Source: the human T2T-CHM13v2.0 reference genome, Homo sapiens. Taken from it: a stretch of 64,000 bases of DNA. The translations under genes and the position numbers were made by a program. The notes under the pieces were generated by a model. That model worked only from the letters and a program-made list of their open reading frames with translations. It did no database searches and was not told where the DNA came from. Positions 60,502-64,000 of this stretch are shown here, piece by piece; position 1 is the first letter of the stretch; each line of letters opens with the position of its first letter. The stretch lies in assembly GCF_009914755.1 (NCBI RefSeq), contig NC_060925.1, one strand, 5' to 3'.

Positions 60502-63500
60502 GAGGGCCAAGATGACTAGCTAGAAACAGGTAGTGTGTACCACTCTTGTAGAGAGAAGAGAGTAGCAAGTAAATGCTAGATCTTCAACTGGAACATCCAG
60601 GTGGACCATTGAGATCCACCGAGAAAACAACTTTACCCATGGAGAATAGAGAAGAGTGAGACAAGACAATTGCTCACCTGGGAATGGCACGGAGCCAGAG
60701 GAGGCTTCTCCACTGCAGGGAAATGGTGAGTGAGTGAGAGTCTCTGGGGACCCATACTTCTGCCATGGACCTTTGCCACCCTGGGCTCAGGAGATACCCC
60801 TATGAGACCACCCCACTGGAGCCTTCAGATTGAGAGGGAAAGCTAAGTGGAGCCTGGGCAGAGCCACCACTCAGGCATACAAGGAACCCTTGGAGCCTTG
60901 GATCCAAGTATCCTGGAATTAGCGGCTGCAGCTCTGGCAATAGGGGAGGTCAGGCTGCCTCACAGGCCTTCAGGAAAGGAGCTGAATCCAGGGGACTAAG
61001 CAGCACTGGACTCTAAGCCTCGCCTCCACTGCACCTCACAGGATAAAGTCCACTAGCCTAGTACTCCAGCCACCCCCCTGCCTGAGCTCATGGGCCGGTA
61101 GCAGCTCTGCACTTCCCTGGGTTGGAGCCCCCAGAGGGAGAGGAAGCCCACCATTTTTGCTGTTTCACAGCCATTGTCACGGCTGCCTTCAGGCCCTGGA
61201 GAGTGTGTGGTGATTAGGGACTGGCTGGATCCCCAGCACAGCACAGATGCCTCATGAAAAAGTGGCCAGACTGTTTTATACGTGGATTCCCGATGCCAGT
61301 TCTCCTCACTGGGCAGGACCTCCTGACTTCAGACTCCAGTTACTCCCTACCTGGGCTTTGGTGACTATAGCATCTCTATACTTCCCTGGGATGGAGCTCC
61401 TAGAGGGAAAGGTAGGCTGCCATTTTTTCTGTCTTGCAGCCCTTGCACCAGTTGCCTTCAGGTTCTGAAGGATGGGCAGTGATTAGTGATGGGCGGATCC
61501 CCAACACACTGGAGCCACCCCACGGAGAAGTGATCGGACCGTTGTATCCGTGGGTCCCTGTTCACATTTCTCCTCACTGGGTGGGGCCTTCAGGCCTAGG
61601 ACTCGAACACAATTACCCTGCCCCCTCCTGAACACTTCAGTGGAAAGCAGCTTTGCATTTGTCTCAGGAGAAAATCTCAGAGACAACCCACAACTCCTCC
61701 ACCATTGCAGCTGCAGTGGCACTGCCCTAACTGCTCTCGAGCTGGGAAAGAAACAAAGGGCCTGGTCACTACACTGGCACCTCCAGCACACAGCAGCGAG
61801 CATTGGAGAGGAGTCCAGTCTCTCTTCCCTATGAGCTCCCAGCCCTACTCTTCATTAGACAGGGCTCCTGGCTTTGAACTGCAAAACAGCTGCCCCACCC
61901 ATGGCTAAGCATACGGTCTGCTAGTAACTCTGTGTTTCCCTGGGGAGGGGGTCCCAGAGGCAACTGACAGCCCCACTGCAACGGCCACAGCAGTGGTTCT
62001 GCCCCTGATCCCCTTAGTTCAAGGAAGAAACAAAGACCCCGAGAGTTTCACCTGCGCTTCCAGCACACCACAGTCACCATACAGGCAGCAAAGCACAGTC
62101 CCTCCTCCCTATGAATCCTCAGTGCCCCACTCCTCAACGAGCTGAGCCCCTAGTTGTGGCCAGCAATGTAACTTCCCATTCTCTAGCTGAACATTCCCAG
62201 TAGCAGCAGCTCTGCATCTCTCTGAGGTGCAGCTCCCAGAGGCAACCAAAAGCCCCTCTGCCACTGCTGCTGCAGTGGTACTGCCCTGCTGCCTTCAGAC
62301 TGGGGAAGGAACTGCAGTTGCCCTAAGGAGAAGAACTCAGTCTATCTCTCTTGTGACCCACCCGTAGCCCTGCTCTTCACCAAACCGGGACCCTCTGGCT
62401 TGGGCCCACAGCACAGCTGCCCCATCTTTGGCCAATTGCACTGGCTGATAGCAGCTCCTCGTTTCTCTGGGGTGGACCACCAAGAGTCAAGTGAAAGGCC
62501 CTCTGCCATAACCACTGCTAAGGTTTCTTCTGCTGCAGCCTTCAAGCTGGCGAGGGAACATAAAATCTGAGCTCATCCCAGAGCTGCAGTGTGCCAAGCC
62601 AAGATCTGGAGCCAGTACTCAAGTGGGAAAGGAGCCCACACTTTCAGAGCACTGAGAGGGAGCATGCCCTGCATATGGCAGAGCAAGAGCCTACCTACTG
62701 GCCAATACACTTAAGCACCACCTACTGGATCACAGCCCAAAACTTCAACACCAAAAATATTTTGCTAATATAGACCCCTGTGTAACCATGGACAAGAATT
62801 TAGCTAGAAATTAAAACCCTGCACAAAGCCTCAGCTCTCTAACAACATCCAGGAAAGAAGGTTTCTAACTACTCAAAAGAAACAGTGCAAGAACTCTGGC
62901 AATTCAGAAAGCCAGAGTGTCTTGTTTCCTCCAAAAGATTGCACTAGTTCCCCAGCAAGGGTTCTTAACCAGGCTGAAATGGCTGAAATGACAGAAATAG
63001 AATTCAGAATATGGGTAGGAATTAAGATAATTGACATTCAAGAGAAAGTTAAAACTCAGCTCAAGAAATCTAAGGGTTTCAATAAAATGATACAGGAGCT
63101 GATAGAAAAAATGGCCATCATAAAAAAGAACCAAACTGATCTGATAAAGCTGAAAAATACATTACAAGAATTTCATAATGCAATTGCATGTATTAAGAGC
63201 AGAATGAAATAACCTGAGGAAAAAACCTCAGGGCTCAAAGAAATAGCTCAATCAGAAATGAAATAGAGAAAAAGGAATTAAAAAGAATGAAAAATCTTCT
63301 GAGAAAAATGGGATTATGTAAAGAGACAAAGTCTAGAACTCATTGGTGTCCCTGAGAGAGACAAGGAGAAAGCAAACACCTTTAAAACATATTTCAGGAT
63401 ATCATCCATGAAAAATTCCCCAACCTTGTTAGAGAGGCAAACTTTCAAATTCAGGGTACATAGAGAAATCCTGTGAGATACTACACAAAAAGACCATCCC

Positions 63501-64000
63501 CAAGACACATAATCATAAGCTTTTCCAAGGTCGAAATGAATTTAAAAATGTTAAAGACAGCTAGAGAGAAGGGGCAGGTCACTGGGCAGGTCACCTACAA
63601 AAGGAACCCTATCAGACTACAGCAGAACTTTCAACAGGAGCCTGACAAGCCAGAAGAGCTTGGGACCTATATTCAGCATTCTTAAAGAAAATAATTTCCA
63701 AGCAAGAATTTCACATACAGCCAAACAAAGCATCAAAAATGAAAAAGAAATGAGATCCTTTTCAGACAAGCAAATGCTGAGGGAATTTGTTACCACCAGA
63801 CCTGCCTTATAAGAGATACTGAAAGGAACACTAAGTATGAAAAGGAAAGAACATTACCAGACACTACAGAAACACAATTAAGTACACAGAATAGTGACAC
63901 TATAAAGCAACCACAGAAACAAGTCTGCATAATAATCAGCTAACAACACAATGACAGGATCAAATCTGCAGATGTCAATATTAACCTTTAATGTAAACAG
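60502..64000 (+). mobile_element. Older L1 (L1PA13-16/L1PB-type): long 5'UTR, decayed ORF1, ORF2 start at 63951; continues past the window
   Basis: gggccaagatg start; ORF1 peptides (EMTEIEFRIW; RPSPRHIIISFSKVEM); ATGACAGGATCAAAT. Confidence 0.88.

Noticed and set aside
60502-62800. GC-rich internally repetitive region with many short ORFs
   Set aside because: Explained by the long, repeat-containing 5'UTR of an older L1 subfamily.

Overview
Primate (very likely human) repeat-rich genomic DNA from the PYHIN/HIN-200 (AIM2-like receptor) cluster. The only intact host gene is PYHIN1 (IFIX) on the + strand. It has non-coding exon 1 (donor at 30865) and coding exons 2-7 (36000-44132; 453 codons with PYD, NLS, one HIN domain and S/T/P-rich spacers). 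The last exons lie beyond the window. The most notable signal is upstream: positions 1-24100 hold the wreckage of at least one further PYHIN paralog, recognisable by direct alignment to PYHIN1 inside this window. The remnants are two promoter/exon-1 copies, part of exon 3, intron 1/3/4/5/6 blocks and two separate HIN exon-6 remnants, with the PYD, NLS and first HIN exons each removed. PYHIN1 intron 7 holds an antisense HERV-K(HML-5)/LTR22 provirus with a scrambled RT remnant whose Trp codons have become stops, and a GC-rich insert of unknown origin. That provirus is interrupted by a full-length young L1PA with one nonsense codon in each ORF. There are no RNA genes or CRISPR arrays. All alignments were done by eye, repeat subfamily names come from memory, and I cannot confirm whether the pseudogene remnants are already annotated.
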